A DNA stretch of 64,000 bases, from positions 12,338,001-12,402,000 of the forward strand of contig NC_135830.1 of assembly GCF_964213995.1 (NCBI RefSeq). Direction: 5' to 3'. Numbering within the stretch: position 1 is the stretch's first letter; the number at the start of each line of letters is the position of its first letter. A program made the translations under genes and the position numbers. This DNA comes from Mustelus asterias (Eukaryota). Under the pieces are notes generated by a model. The model did no database searches. It was not told where the DNA came from and saw only the letters and a program-made list of their open reading frames with translations. Of this stretch, positions 13,135 through 23,933 are shown piece by piece.

Positions 13135-13545
13135 TAAGAAGGTAAGAACTAGGAGCAGGTGTCAGCCATCAGGTCCCTCGAGCCTGCTCCGCCATTCAAC
13201 AAGATAATGGCTGATCTTTTTGTGGACTCAGCTCCACTTGCCCGCCCGCTTACCATAACCCTTAATTCCTTTACTGTTCAAAAAATTATCTATCCTTGTC
13301 TTAAAAACATTCAATGAAATAGCCTCAACAGCTTCACTGGGCAGGGAATTCCACAGATTCACAACCCTTTGTGTGAAGAAGTTCCTCCTCTACTCAGTCC
13401 TAAATCTGCTTCCCCTTATTTTAAGGTTATGTCCTCTTGTTCTACTTTCACTCGCCAGTGGAAACAACTTCCCTGCTTCTATCTTACCTATTCCCTTCAT
13501 AGTCTTATATGTTTCTATAAGCTCTCCCCTTATTCTTCTGAATGT
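13135..13545 (-). mobile_element. CR1 3' fragment
   Basis: ctcgagcctgctccgccattcaac...gaattccacagattcacaaccc 3' UTR/ORF2-end motifs. Confidence 0.75.
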
Positions 13546-14046
13546 ATCTTGAACAAAGATATCCCCTCATTCTTCTGAATGTATCTTGAACAAAGAATCT
13601 GATCAGTGTGAAAAATGCGGGGATGAAAGATGATTTGGAGAACTTTTCCAAAGAGGCATAGATAGGACGAATGGCCTCAATCGGCGCTCCAAGATTCTAA
13701 GATTCTCATTGCATCGTGTCCCAGCCGCTCTACTTATTGTTGGACAACTGAACAATGAGCAGGCGCAGGATGGCCAGAGACTTTTGTAGATTCAACCGTC
13801 GCTAATTCCGCTCCACCAGCTCCCAGTGCAGCTGAGAGTCACCACACACTTCATTCAATATTGAGTCTGCCGTATCCCCGCCCACAGCTTCCGTTTGTTG
13901 TTCTCACTTTGACCCGATTGTGTGATTGGAAAGATTGCTGCATTCCTTTCATTGGTTGGATGAGCAATGCAGTGGGACGGGCATCTGTATTTCTGTCTCT
14001 GACAGAGGATTCATCTCACTGCACAGTTACAGACTCAGGAAGGATA

Positions 14047-14718
14047 ATGGTGAACTATCTCATTCCGATCTTCATCATTATCTCACTGCTCAGTAAGTAG
14101 GTTTTGGCGCAAAGGGGATCAAAGGATATGGGAGAAATGGGATCCGGTTTTTGAGTTGAATGATCAAACATTGATCAAACTGAATGGCTGGGCACGATCC
14201 AAGGGCCGAATGGACTACTCCTAATCCTATCTCCGATGTGTTTATGTATTTCCTTTCTGGAAAACCAAATGCTATTGCTAACAAATAATAATGATCGTTT
14301 TGATGACCATTTTGTTGAGGAATATTCGGCTCGTACTGATTACTTTTCTTTTTACCCTTATTTTATGTTAGAATGGAGTAGCCAAGACACAGTGGAGCAG
14401 CCGGGTGCCATAATAATAGCTGAAGAGGAAAGTAATGTCACAGTTACCTGCAACATGAAGACGAGCACTTCTAACCCTTATGTGTACTGGTATAGTCAGA
14501 GTCCCGGGCAGCCTCCACACTACATGCTTCGTATTGTGGGAGGGAAACTGTACAGACACACCGACATCAGCGACCGCTTTTCAGCATTTCAGCATTAAAT
14601 AAAACTGTCAAGATTACTGAGCTAATGATCGGCAACACGGTGATGACTGACAGTGCGGTATGTTTATGTGCCTTAGACCCCACACTGCGATAGATATGGC
14701 GGGTCCCATACTAAAATC
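14047..14718 (+). pseudogene. TCR alpha/delta-type V segment pseudogene (V4) with degenerate RSS
   Basis: Leader MVNYLIPIFIIISLL 14047-14092 with gtaagt. V exon from 14372 reads SSQDTVEQPGAIIIAEEESNVTVTCNMKTSTSNPYVYWYSQSPGQPPHYMLR...DRFSAFQH*, then frameshifted ELMIGNTVMTDSAVCLCALD. RSS: cacactg 14681-14687, 22 nt, actaaaatc. Confidence 0.9.
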
Positions 14719-15410
14719 CCACAGTAAGTATTTCAGTTGGTGCTCAGCAGAGGGCGCTCTCACGCCGTTAGACAGTAACAATAAAGTTAAAATCGCCACA
14801 GCCGCAAAGGCTGGAGGCAATTTAACCTGAGGATCACACCACATCTCAGGAGAGCGGTCAAGGTTGAGGTGGCGGCGACTTCATGAATGAACACACCGTG
14901 TACAGGTATTGAACCTATGCTGTCAGTGCTGCTTTGCGTCACAAGCCAGATATCCAGCAACTGAGCTGAACGGCAACATTCTCATCACTTACTCTACCTA
15001 TATGCGAGCATTTGTCATTCACGCACTAGGAAACGCAGATTCCTCTGAATCTAAGACCTCTTCAATCTCTCACCATTTACTTCATAAGTTTCTTTGTGTT
15101 TCTTCTTGTCAAAATGCATCACATCACATTCGCAATTTTGACTTTCTTCCTCTTCTCTTCGCATTGTTTCCCAATTTTCTGTGCTCTGTACGTATTGTTA
15201 CTGCACTTTTTTGCCTTGTCCTTCACTCATTCTGATTTGAATGTAATCTCTTCTATTTTCTTCGGATACATTTCCAACCCTTCATTTTAATCTTTTTTAA
15301 ATTTTCTGATTCAAGAAATGTTTTTCTCTCTTTCGCCTTACCATTGGAATTTAATATCGCGCTTCTTGAAACGCTGTTATTCCCGCGGAGCGGTTTTTGA
15401 AAACGGTGCA

Positions 15411-15775
15411 AGTTTTGGTACGGGACCTCCCTGTGTTTATTACACTGTGCCTCATGGTGCAGAAATAGGTGGCAGTGTCTGAAACCTGTACGTCTCTCAC
15501 AGTCAGGATGCTGAGTTTGTTGCCTTCTCCGATCGAAGTAGTGATCCTCCCGTGTTGATCGGTTCCTCTTGTGGCCATCACTGGGGCGACTGATTCGGGA
15601 GCTGTTTATACCAACGCACGATGTCAAACGGAATGGAAATAGTGCAGTTCATGGATATATTCCTCGCTCCACTGATAACCATCCGTGGAGGGAGCTGCAG
15701 CAACTCAGCTTCTCCGGTCACCCCCGTGCAGATCAGAGTGAAAAACAACAAAACGTCGATGCAAATCCTGACCAT
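15411..15775 (-). pseudogene. TCR alpha/delta-type V segment (V5): leader fused to V without an intron, frameshifted, intact 23-RSS
   Basis: MVRICIDVLLFFTLICTGVTGEAELLQLPPRMVISGARNISMNCTISIPFDIVRWYKQLPNQSPQ, frameshift near 15580, then MATRGTDQHGRITTSIGEGNKLSILTVRDVQVSDTATYFCTMR. RSS: cacagtg (15449-15443), 23 nt, accaaaact (15419-15411). Confidence 0.9.
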
Positions 15776-16394
15776 TCTCAGTTCACACACAACACCGAGA
15801 TCAGCTTTGAACCAGGCGATGAACATTAACCCGGAGCCAAGTATTTTCTTCGGGTTCAGTTCAGTGCCGTGTTTATGTTGAAGTTACAACATTAGGTGGG
15901 TTCTACTTTAGCCACTCATACTGAGCGTTTCACACTGACACAGGCCTACACAGCCTCTGAGTACACACCTGACACGCCCAGATTAAATATTTCTCACGCG
16001 ACACACTGCTCTCTACTGGTGAATACTGGTAATTGCAGGGTGCAATTCTTCACTTGGATCTTCGACAAGTTGCAGTTCACAAGATAGTTATGAATGAGAA
16101 CAGCTGTTTCCTCCTTCTTGTTATAGCTCTTTTATTGCGGGAGAGCTTACAACGTTCCTTCTGTTCTACGATCCAACGATTGCAGTGCATTTTGCTCTCT
16201 CGTTCTTTCTGAAGTCTCATTCCACATTGTGACCAGTCCCGGTGTGTTAGTCCTAAAATATCGTTCGATAATTTGGGAACTTGTGCAATGGGAACTGGTC
16301 TATCCATCGAATATTTGTTACATAACTACAGGAGTAGAAACCTTGACAACTCATAAGAATATTTCAAAAAATAATAAGTTTGTTATCAGTGATA

Positions 16395-17299
16395 AAACTA
16401 TGTTTCTGCATTTGTTCCTTCAATCAAATTTTCTTCAATAAAAACACGCGCTCCGATAATGAACTTAATGCAGTGTCCTTCTGCCCTCTCCTGGTGGAAA
16501 AAAGCACTACAATATGCAACTTTAAAATAACCTGTTTCATTTCGGGAATCAAGATTGATTCCAACAACTGCTGATCATACATTCTCCTCAGTATGAAGTA
16601 TATTTTTAATTTCTCTTCTTTTTGATTGCGCCTGGTGGTATTGAATCTGATTTTCATTGTTGCAACTCATTGATCATCCGATGTTCCAACAATCCTTTTA
16701 GAGCGGATCATGGATATTGTGTCACTCCACCTCTATCTTCAGGAGTTCAGGTAGAAGTAGAATGGATGACATAAAATCTATTTCTAATACAAGATGCGGG
16801 TTGGGGGAATAATGGTAACTGGATCTAACATCATGAAACATAGCCAGTGTTAATTCTGACAAAATACCCGATTGATGGTGATGATCAAGCAGTTTGCCAA
16901 CACCGATTTCTGCGCAACCCGACATTTCAAAAAAAATCATGTTAACCAACTCTCGGCTGCAACTAAGCAAAGCTGCCGTTTAGACCTGCGTCCAAATCTC
17001 AGTGTTCGAAAACAGTTGAACACCGGTGCAGGTACTTTCTCAGATGTGAATACCACCAGGCGCAATTAAAAAGAAGAGAAATTAAAAATATACTTCACAC
17101 TGAGGAGAATGTATGATCAGCAGTTGTTGGAATCAATCTTGATTCCAGAAATGGAACAGGTTGTTTTAAAGTTGTATATTGTAGTGCTTTGTTTTTCCAC
17201 CAGAAGAGGGCAGAAGGACATTGTATTAAGTTCATTATCGGAGCGCGTGTCTTTATTGAAGAACATTTGATTGAAGGAACAAATGCAGAAACATAGTTT
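16395..17299. repeat. Inverted repeat with arms ~16395-16650 and ~17040-17299
   Basis: The right arm is the reverse complement of the left with only scattered substitutions (e.g. aaactatgtttctgcatttgttcc / ggaacaaatgcagaaacatagttt). Confidence 0.92.
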
Positions 17300-17624
17300 G
17301 GACGAACCAACCCTTTACCGTAAACACGATTTTTTGTATAAGTATGCTGCGAATATTGCAAGTGATCGAGATCCTAAGGTCAGGGTCTACATGCGATGTC
17401 CATCCACTCTCATTCTGCGTAAATCTATTAAATAGCCAGTTCTAGCCCTCCATTCGTCCCATTTAAAAGATGGTGTTTGGCTATTTACCACATTGTTCTA
17501 TTCAATTCTCTCAGGACTCAGTGGCCTCTTGCATCAGCTACGGTGAGTTTTCACAGTTAGAGATCAGCTCTTTTAATTTGGGCTCCGGCTATGATTCCGG
17601 AACAACATTAACTAATTTCAAATT

Positions 17625-18085
17625 AAAGCAAATTACTGAGGATGCTGGAATCTGAAACCAAAAGAAAAATGCTGGAATATCTCTGCTGCTTTGGCAGCAC
17701 CTATAAGGAGAGAAAAGAGCTGACGTTTCGAGTCCGGATGACCCGTTGTCAAAGCTAAAAGGCATGAGAAGTGGGAGGTGTTTATACTTTTTGGTAAAGG
17801 AATGAAATATGAGTCATAGCCACAAAAACAAAGGGAAACGCTGCTAGCAGTCCAAAGAGAGACTAGTAGGTGTGAATGGCCAAACGACAGAGAAACTGAA
17901 ATCAGAGGGTAAGCTGTGACAGATGAAGATAAGGAGGGAGGGGGGAGATGGATGGAAAAGAGGTAAAATTGAGAAAACGGGGGGAAAGCGAAGCAAAGGA
18001 GGAGAAAAGAAATGGAAAGGGGAAAGAGTAGGAGGCGGATAAGAAAGACAATAAAGGAATAAAAGGAAGAGAACAGTTAAAAATT
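17625..18085 (-). mobile_element. Penelope-like element terminal fragment with degenerate hammerhead motif
   Basis: Minus strand 17756-17716 reads agctttgacaacgggtcatccggactcgaaacgtcagctct; adjacent purine-rich tract. Related to 8715-8826, 33880-34020, 43380-43585 and 60585-60755. Confidence 0.55.
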
Positions 18086-18407
18086 AACCGATTTCCTGTT
18101 CTCACTCCGCCTTCCAGGTTGAAGAGATTAACTGGACAAGTTTGGGTCTCATCCCTGTCCAGGTCCCCGGAAGGTGAACAAACTCACTTAGTTTCTTTCT
18201 CCCGGCGCTGAGACCCAAAGGGGCCGTGCGCTGATTGGGTCATTTGAAGACAATGGAATTCTAAGGCTGGATGTCAATGAATGACGTTGTCAGCAATAAA
18301 CCAATCAGCAATGGCCCGGATGTAACTCAACTTCATACCAGCTCTTGACAATTAAAATGTTAACTTCAACAATCTCTGCTCACATCCGCCTCGGCCCCTC
18401 TGCAAAC

Positions 18408-19336
18408 ATGTCTCCTGTGACTCTGAGCTTATTCTTCACCGCTGCAGCTCTATTAACCGGCAGGTTCACAAGTTACAAACTCTGTGTTTTACGTATTTAC
18501 CATTCACTGCATTCAATTGCGCAGTTCGATTAACACACTGGTAAAATATATATTAATTCTAATATCAATTAGAATCCACTTTGTCTCACCAAGGGAGGAG
18601 GCAAAATACTTCAGCTGAATGAGAGCGAAGAGTTAAAGTGGGATTGCAGGCCCCACTGTAGCCGGTGAGGGACTTTGACAAACTCGATAAACTGGATAAA
18701 AGCTTTGACAAACCCGAGATCTATAAACCCACGGACAGTTTAGTTTCCCCTTCAAATAACGTAAAGCGAAGGCGAGGATCTGATCTCCTTCGAAGGTGTT
18801 CATTTAACGGAGTGTCATTTAACCGCTGCAAACACGATCCCGTTACAACCTGCGTGTTGCGGGAAATATGTTTCTGTTTAGATCCTTTGATTCATTTTTC
18901 AGATTATTGGCCAGGGTGACGGGCCGAATCCGGCCATTAGACGAAGTGAACTCACGTCGTTTAATTTAGCATTACTCTTGTCTCTTACAGGACAATGTGG
19001 AGGAGATTCAATTTCACAGATGCCGGCTGCAGTCACAGAGAGTAAAGGAGATGATGTTCAGTTATTCTGTAATTATACAACTGCAAGCATTGACAATTAT
19101 TACCTATTCTGGTACCGTCAGTGTCCCAGCGGATCCATGGAGTATCTACTGATGAGAAGCAAATATACTGGGAACACAGAGAGATTCCCAGGGGACCGTT
19201 TATCAGCGGAGCTCAATGATACAACCCGCACCATTCAGCTGAAAATGTCTAAAACAGAGCTGGCAGACGCCGGTGTGTATTACTGCGCATTGAGACCCAC
19301 AGAGGCACAGAGCTGGGCTGAACCTGTACAAAAACT
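18408..19336 (+). CDS. TCR alpha/delta-type V gene segment (V6), open V exon with 23-RSS; potentially functional
   Basis: Leader MSPVTLSLFFTAAALLT 18408-18459. Phase-1 intron 18460-18990 begins GCAGGT and ends ttacag. V exon GQCGGDSISQMPAAVTESKGDDVQLFCNYTTASIDNYYLFWYRQCPSGSMEYLLMR...ELADAGVYYCALRP has the conserved Cys/Trp/Cys. RSS: cacagag 19298-19304, 23 nt, acaaaaact 19328-19336. Confidence 0.88.
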
Positions 19337-19394
19337 CTCAGAGCCTCACCCAACATAACACTGCGTTCGGCAAATATTGTGATCAGGGATCATT

Positions 19395-20455
19395 GCTTTT
19401 CAAATTGGCAGGCAGTAACTAGTTGAGTGCCACAGTTACCGGCACTAGGACCCCAGCTATTCACAATATATATTAATGATTTGGATGAGGAAACAAAAAG
19501 TTTTCAGATGATACCAAGTTGGGTGGGAGAGTGAACTGCGACGAGGATGCAGGGATCCTTCAGAATGACTTGGACAGGGTGGGTGAGTGGGCTAATCAAT
19601 GGCAGATGCCGTATAATTTGGATAAATGTTGAGGTTATTCACTTTGGAAACAAAAACAGGGAGGCAGATTACAACCTGAATTGCTGTAAATTGGGAGAGG
19701 GGGAGTGTGCAGCAGGACCTGGGTGTCCATGTGCACCAGTTACTGAAACTGAAGGTAAGCATGCAGGTATAACAGGCAGTAAAGAAGGCAGATAGCATGA
19801 TGGCCTTCATTTGCGAGAGGTTTCGCGTACAGGAGCAGGGATTAGTTGCTGCAATTATACAGGGCCTTGGTGATGCCACACCTAAAGTATTGTGTGCAGT
19901 TTTGGTCTCCTTTTCTGTGGAAGGATGTTTTTTTCTCGAAGGAATGCAGAGAAAGTTTATCAGGCTGATTCCAGGGATAGCGGGACTGATGTATGAGGAG
20001 ATTGACTAGGTTAGGACTGTTTTCGCTGGAGTTCAGACGAATGAGGGGAGATCGCATAGAGACTTATAAAATTTCGAACAGGACTGGACAGAGTAGATGC
20101 AGGGAGGATGTTCCCGAAGGTGGAGGAGTCCGGTACCAGGGGTCATAGTTTGAGAATTCAGGGTAGACCATTTAGGACGGAGGTGAGGAGACATTTCCTC
20201 ACCCAAAGAGCCTGTGGAATTCATGACCACAGGAAAAAAGCTGATGCCAAAACATTGAATGCATTTAAGAGGTGGCTGGAAATAGCACTTGGGGCGAATG
20301 GGACCCAAAGTTATGGGGAAAAAGCAGGATTAGGCTATTGAGTTGGATGATCAGGCATGATCCTAATGAATGGTGGAGCAGGCTTGAGGGGCCAGATGGC
20401 CTCCTCCTGCTCCTATCTTCTATGTTGCTATGTATGATAGAATGTTTCTATGTAT
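19395..20455 (+). mobile_element. Degraded CR1 LINE 3' part
   Basis: IYINDLDE...DDTKLGG-like and LGLFSLEFRRMRGD-like stretches; 3' UTR gaggggccagatggcctcctcctgctcctat. Confidence 0.85.
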
Positions 20456-21039
20456 GATATCTGATACGTTTAATTCAATTACATACTTTCAGTTGTACTA
20501 CATACGTCACAACAAAACATATCGATGAGAATTGGCTAGTTGTTTAATGAACACAGAAATATTATAGAGCGCTTTTCTCGATGCCTGGAATGTTTGACTG
20601 TCACGGTTATGATGTACTGGAGATAACACAGAGCACTGTATGATACATTTAATCACGAATTTTATAATGACCTGTCTGTTTATAATGGCCACAGCTGGAG
20701 GACTGGAGGACATTCAATGTGGTATCATTCTTCCTGAAGAAAGGAAAGGATAAATCAGGAAACCACAGGCATGACAGTCTGGCATCAGTGGTGGAAAACA
20801 ATTGGAAGTAATTCTGAGAAACGGAATTCATCTGCAGTTGGAGAGGCAGAGATTAATCAAGAACAGTCAGCATGGTGTTATTTGGGGGAGGTCATCCATT
20901 TCTTGCTTGCTCAGTAAACCGAATTCAAAATCCAATTCACAGTTCGCACACGAGTGACAAACATACCCAAGCTGACAAGATAAGATATTGCATCCCATTT
21001 TAGGAACATACGAATTAGGAGCGAGATTAGACAATGCTG

Positions 21040-22415
21040 AGGTCTATATCTGCTTCAAGAAGACGACCATCATCCCAGAACCAAAGAACAGCTCAGCAGC
21101 GTGCCTTAATGACTATCATCCGGTGGCTCTGACATCCAGCATTGTGAAGTGCTTTGAAAGGTTAGTCAAGGCACGGATCAATTCCAGCCTCCCAGATTGC
21201 CTGGATAAACTACAGTTTGCCGAACACCGCAACAGGTCCACTGCAGGCGCGATCTCTGTGGCCCTGCACTCAACCCTGGAACACCTAAATAACAAAGACA
21301 CCTATGGCAGACTCCTATTCATTGACTACAGCTCAGTATTTAACACCATTATTCCTGCGAAACGCATGTCCAAACTCCGTGGCCTGGGCCTGGGCTCCTC
21401 CTTCTGCGACTGGATCCTGAACTTCCTAACCCACAGACCACAATCAGTAAGAATGGGACCAGACCTCCTCTACGTTCATTCTTTATACTGATGTCCCACA
21501 ATGCTCTGTTCTCAGCCCTCCACTGTACTCCTTACAACCTACGACTGTGTGGCCAAATTCCCCTCCAACTCGATTTTCAAGTTTGCTGACGACACCACCA
21601 TAGTGGGTCGGATCTCAAATAATGAAGAGACAGGATACAGAAATGAGATCGAGAATCTGGTAACTGGTGCGGCAACAATAATCTCTCCCTCAATGTCAGC
21701 AAAATGAAGGAGATTGTATTCGACTTCAGGAAGCATAGTGGAGAACATGCCCCTGTCTACATCAATGGAGATGAAGTAGAAATGGTCGAGAGCTTCAAGG
21801 TTTTAGGCGTCCAAATCACCAGCAAGCTGTCCTGGTCCCGCCATGCTGGCACTATAGTCAAGCAAGCTCACAATTATTTTCTCAGAAGATTGAGTAAATT
21901 TGGCATGTCAGCTACGACTTTTACAGATGTACCATAGGGAGCATTATTTCTGGCTGTATCAGAGATTGGCATGGTCCCTGCTCTGCCCAAGACCGCAAGA
22001 AACTACAAAAGGTCCTGAATGTAGCCCAATACATGATGCAAACCAGCCGCCCATCCATTGACTTTGTCTACACTTCTCGCTGCCTCGGCAAAGCAGCCAG
22101 CAAAATTAAGGACCCCACGCATCCCAGACATTCTCTCTTCCACCTCCTTCAATCGGAAAAAAAGATACAACAGTCTGAGGTATGTACCAACCGACTCAAG
22201 AAACAGCATTTTCCCTGCTGCCATCAGACTTTTGAATGGACCTGCTTTGCATTAAGTTGATCTTTCCGTACACCGTAACTATGAAAGTAACACTACATTA
22301 CGCACTCTCTAATTTCCTTCCCTATGAACGGTATGCTTTGTCTGTGTAATGCGCAGGGAACAATACTTTTCACTGTATACCTATACATATTATAATAATA
22401 AATCAAATCAAATCG
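21040..22415 (+). mobile_element. Rex1/Babar-type LINE 3' part
   Basis: ORF 20988..21491 (CLNDYHPVALTSSIVKCFERLV, LFIDYSSVFNTI), KFADDTT, and an aatcaaatcaaatc tail. Confidence 0.88.
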
Positions 22416-23435
22416 ATTCAGCCCTTCGAGCCCGCTCCACCATTCTATATGTTCATAACAGAGCTCCATCTAATCCTAACTCCACTTCCCTGCCTTTTCC
22501 CCATAGCCCTTTATCCTGCTTTTGATCAAATATGTATCTATCTCTTTCCTGAATCCGTTGATGTATTTTGTATCCGCTACAGTGTGACAGTGAGTTCCAT
22601 AGATTTAGTAACCTCTTTGAGAAGTAGCTTCTCCTTATCTCTGTCTTGACCCCACACCCCCCACCCCACCCCCCACCATAATTACTCCATGACTATGATC
22701 TCTTGTCCTGGACTGTTCTAGAAGGGGAAACATCTGGTTAACAATTAATTTACCAATCACGTTGAGTATTTTATACACCTCAATCAAATCCCCACTCATT
22801 CGTCTGTACACCAGCGTGTATAAATCCAAGCTACTACACCGCTCTTCATACGACAACCCCTTCAAGATATTGACGAGACCACAGCTGGAATACTGGAACC
22901 AGTTTTGGGCTTCTTATTTCATTATTTCATTGGAAGTAGTTCAGCGAAGGTTTACGAGGATAATCCCCAGTATGGAGGGATTGTCTTACGAAGAAAGGTT
23001 AAACAGGATTGTACTCTACTCACTGGAAGTTAGAAAAACGAGATGCGACCTCGTTCAAACATATAGGATTATTGAGGGGTTTGACAGTGTAAATGCTGAG
23101 AGGATGTTCCCCTCGTGGGAGAATCTGAGGTCAGAAAACATCGTCTGAGAATAAACGAGCGCTAATTGAAAACTAAGATGAGGAGCAATTTCAATTTCTT
23201 TTTACAGAGGGTTGTGGGTCTTTGGAACTCATTGCTACAGATAACTGCGGGGCTGGAGTCATTGTGTATATTTAAGGCTGAGATAGATAGATTTTTGTTC
23301 AGTAAGCGAATCAAGTGTTACGGGGAACGGGCCGTAAAGGGTACGTGAGGAATGTTGGAACAGCCATGATTCCATTGAATGACAGAACAGACTCCAGAGG
23401 CCGAGCCTTACCCTGGCCCTTTGTCATTTGGTCTT
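22415..23435. mobile_element. Two adjoining CR1 3' fragments (minus ~22415-22865, plus ~22870-23435)
   Basis: ORFs 22635..22865(-) and 22762..23148(+) carry GLSYEER and RPQLEYWNQFWA motifs. Confidence 0.8.
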
Positions 23436-23933
23436 AAGGTTAAAGCCTGGTTCCTTTAAGCCGAAGACACTGGGCTGTCAATTCTGTCAGAAACCATTCA
23501 ATCGAAAGGAAAATAAACATTGATGTAACTAAAGAGTGCAATCGGTACATTGTGAAACGTATTCATTTTCTACAAAACTGCGTCCATATCAACAACACGT
23601 TCTAATCAGAGACACTATGCACCGGCTGTGATAAATGGGACACAGAGAGTAGAGATTGAGAATGTGTTGCTCATTAATTCAGATAGACAGGAAAAGATCA
23701 TGAAAATGCAAAACGTGAGTGAGGGCATAATAAATTGATTTGCGAAATTATTTTGCAGTACAAATGCAAGTTACAACGTGCCTAATACAATTCCTCTGTT
23801 GCTGCTCACCTGTTCATGTTGAATGTTGTGTTGTTTTAGAAACGTCCTTGAAATCTCACAGGCTAAAAAATTGCTTCTGTTCATCAGTGCGAGCGCGCCC
23901 TCTGCTGACCACTAACTGGAACTCCCAGTCTGG

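Noticed and set aside
15759-15766. ATGCAAAT octamer suggesting an Ig promoter
   Set aside because: It lies inside the V5 leader coding sequence, and no octamer was seen upstream of any V. This fits TCR rather than Ig identity.
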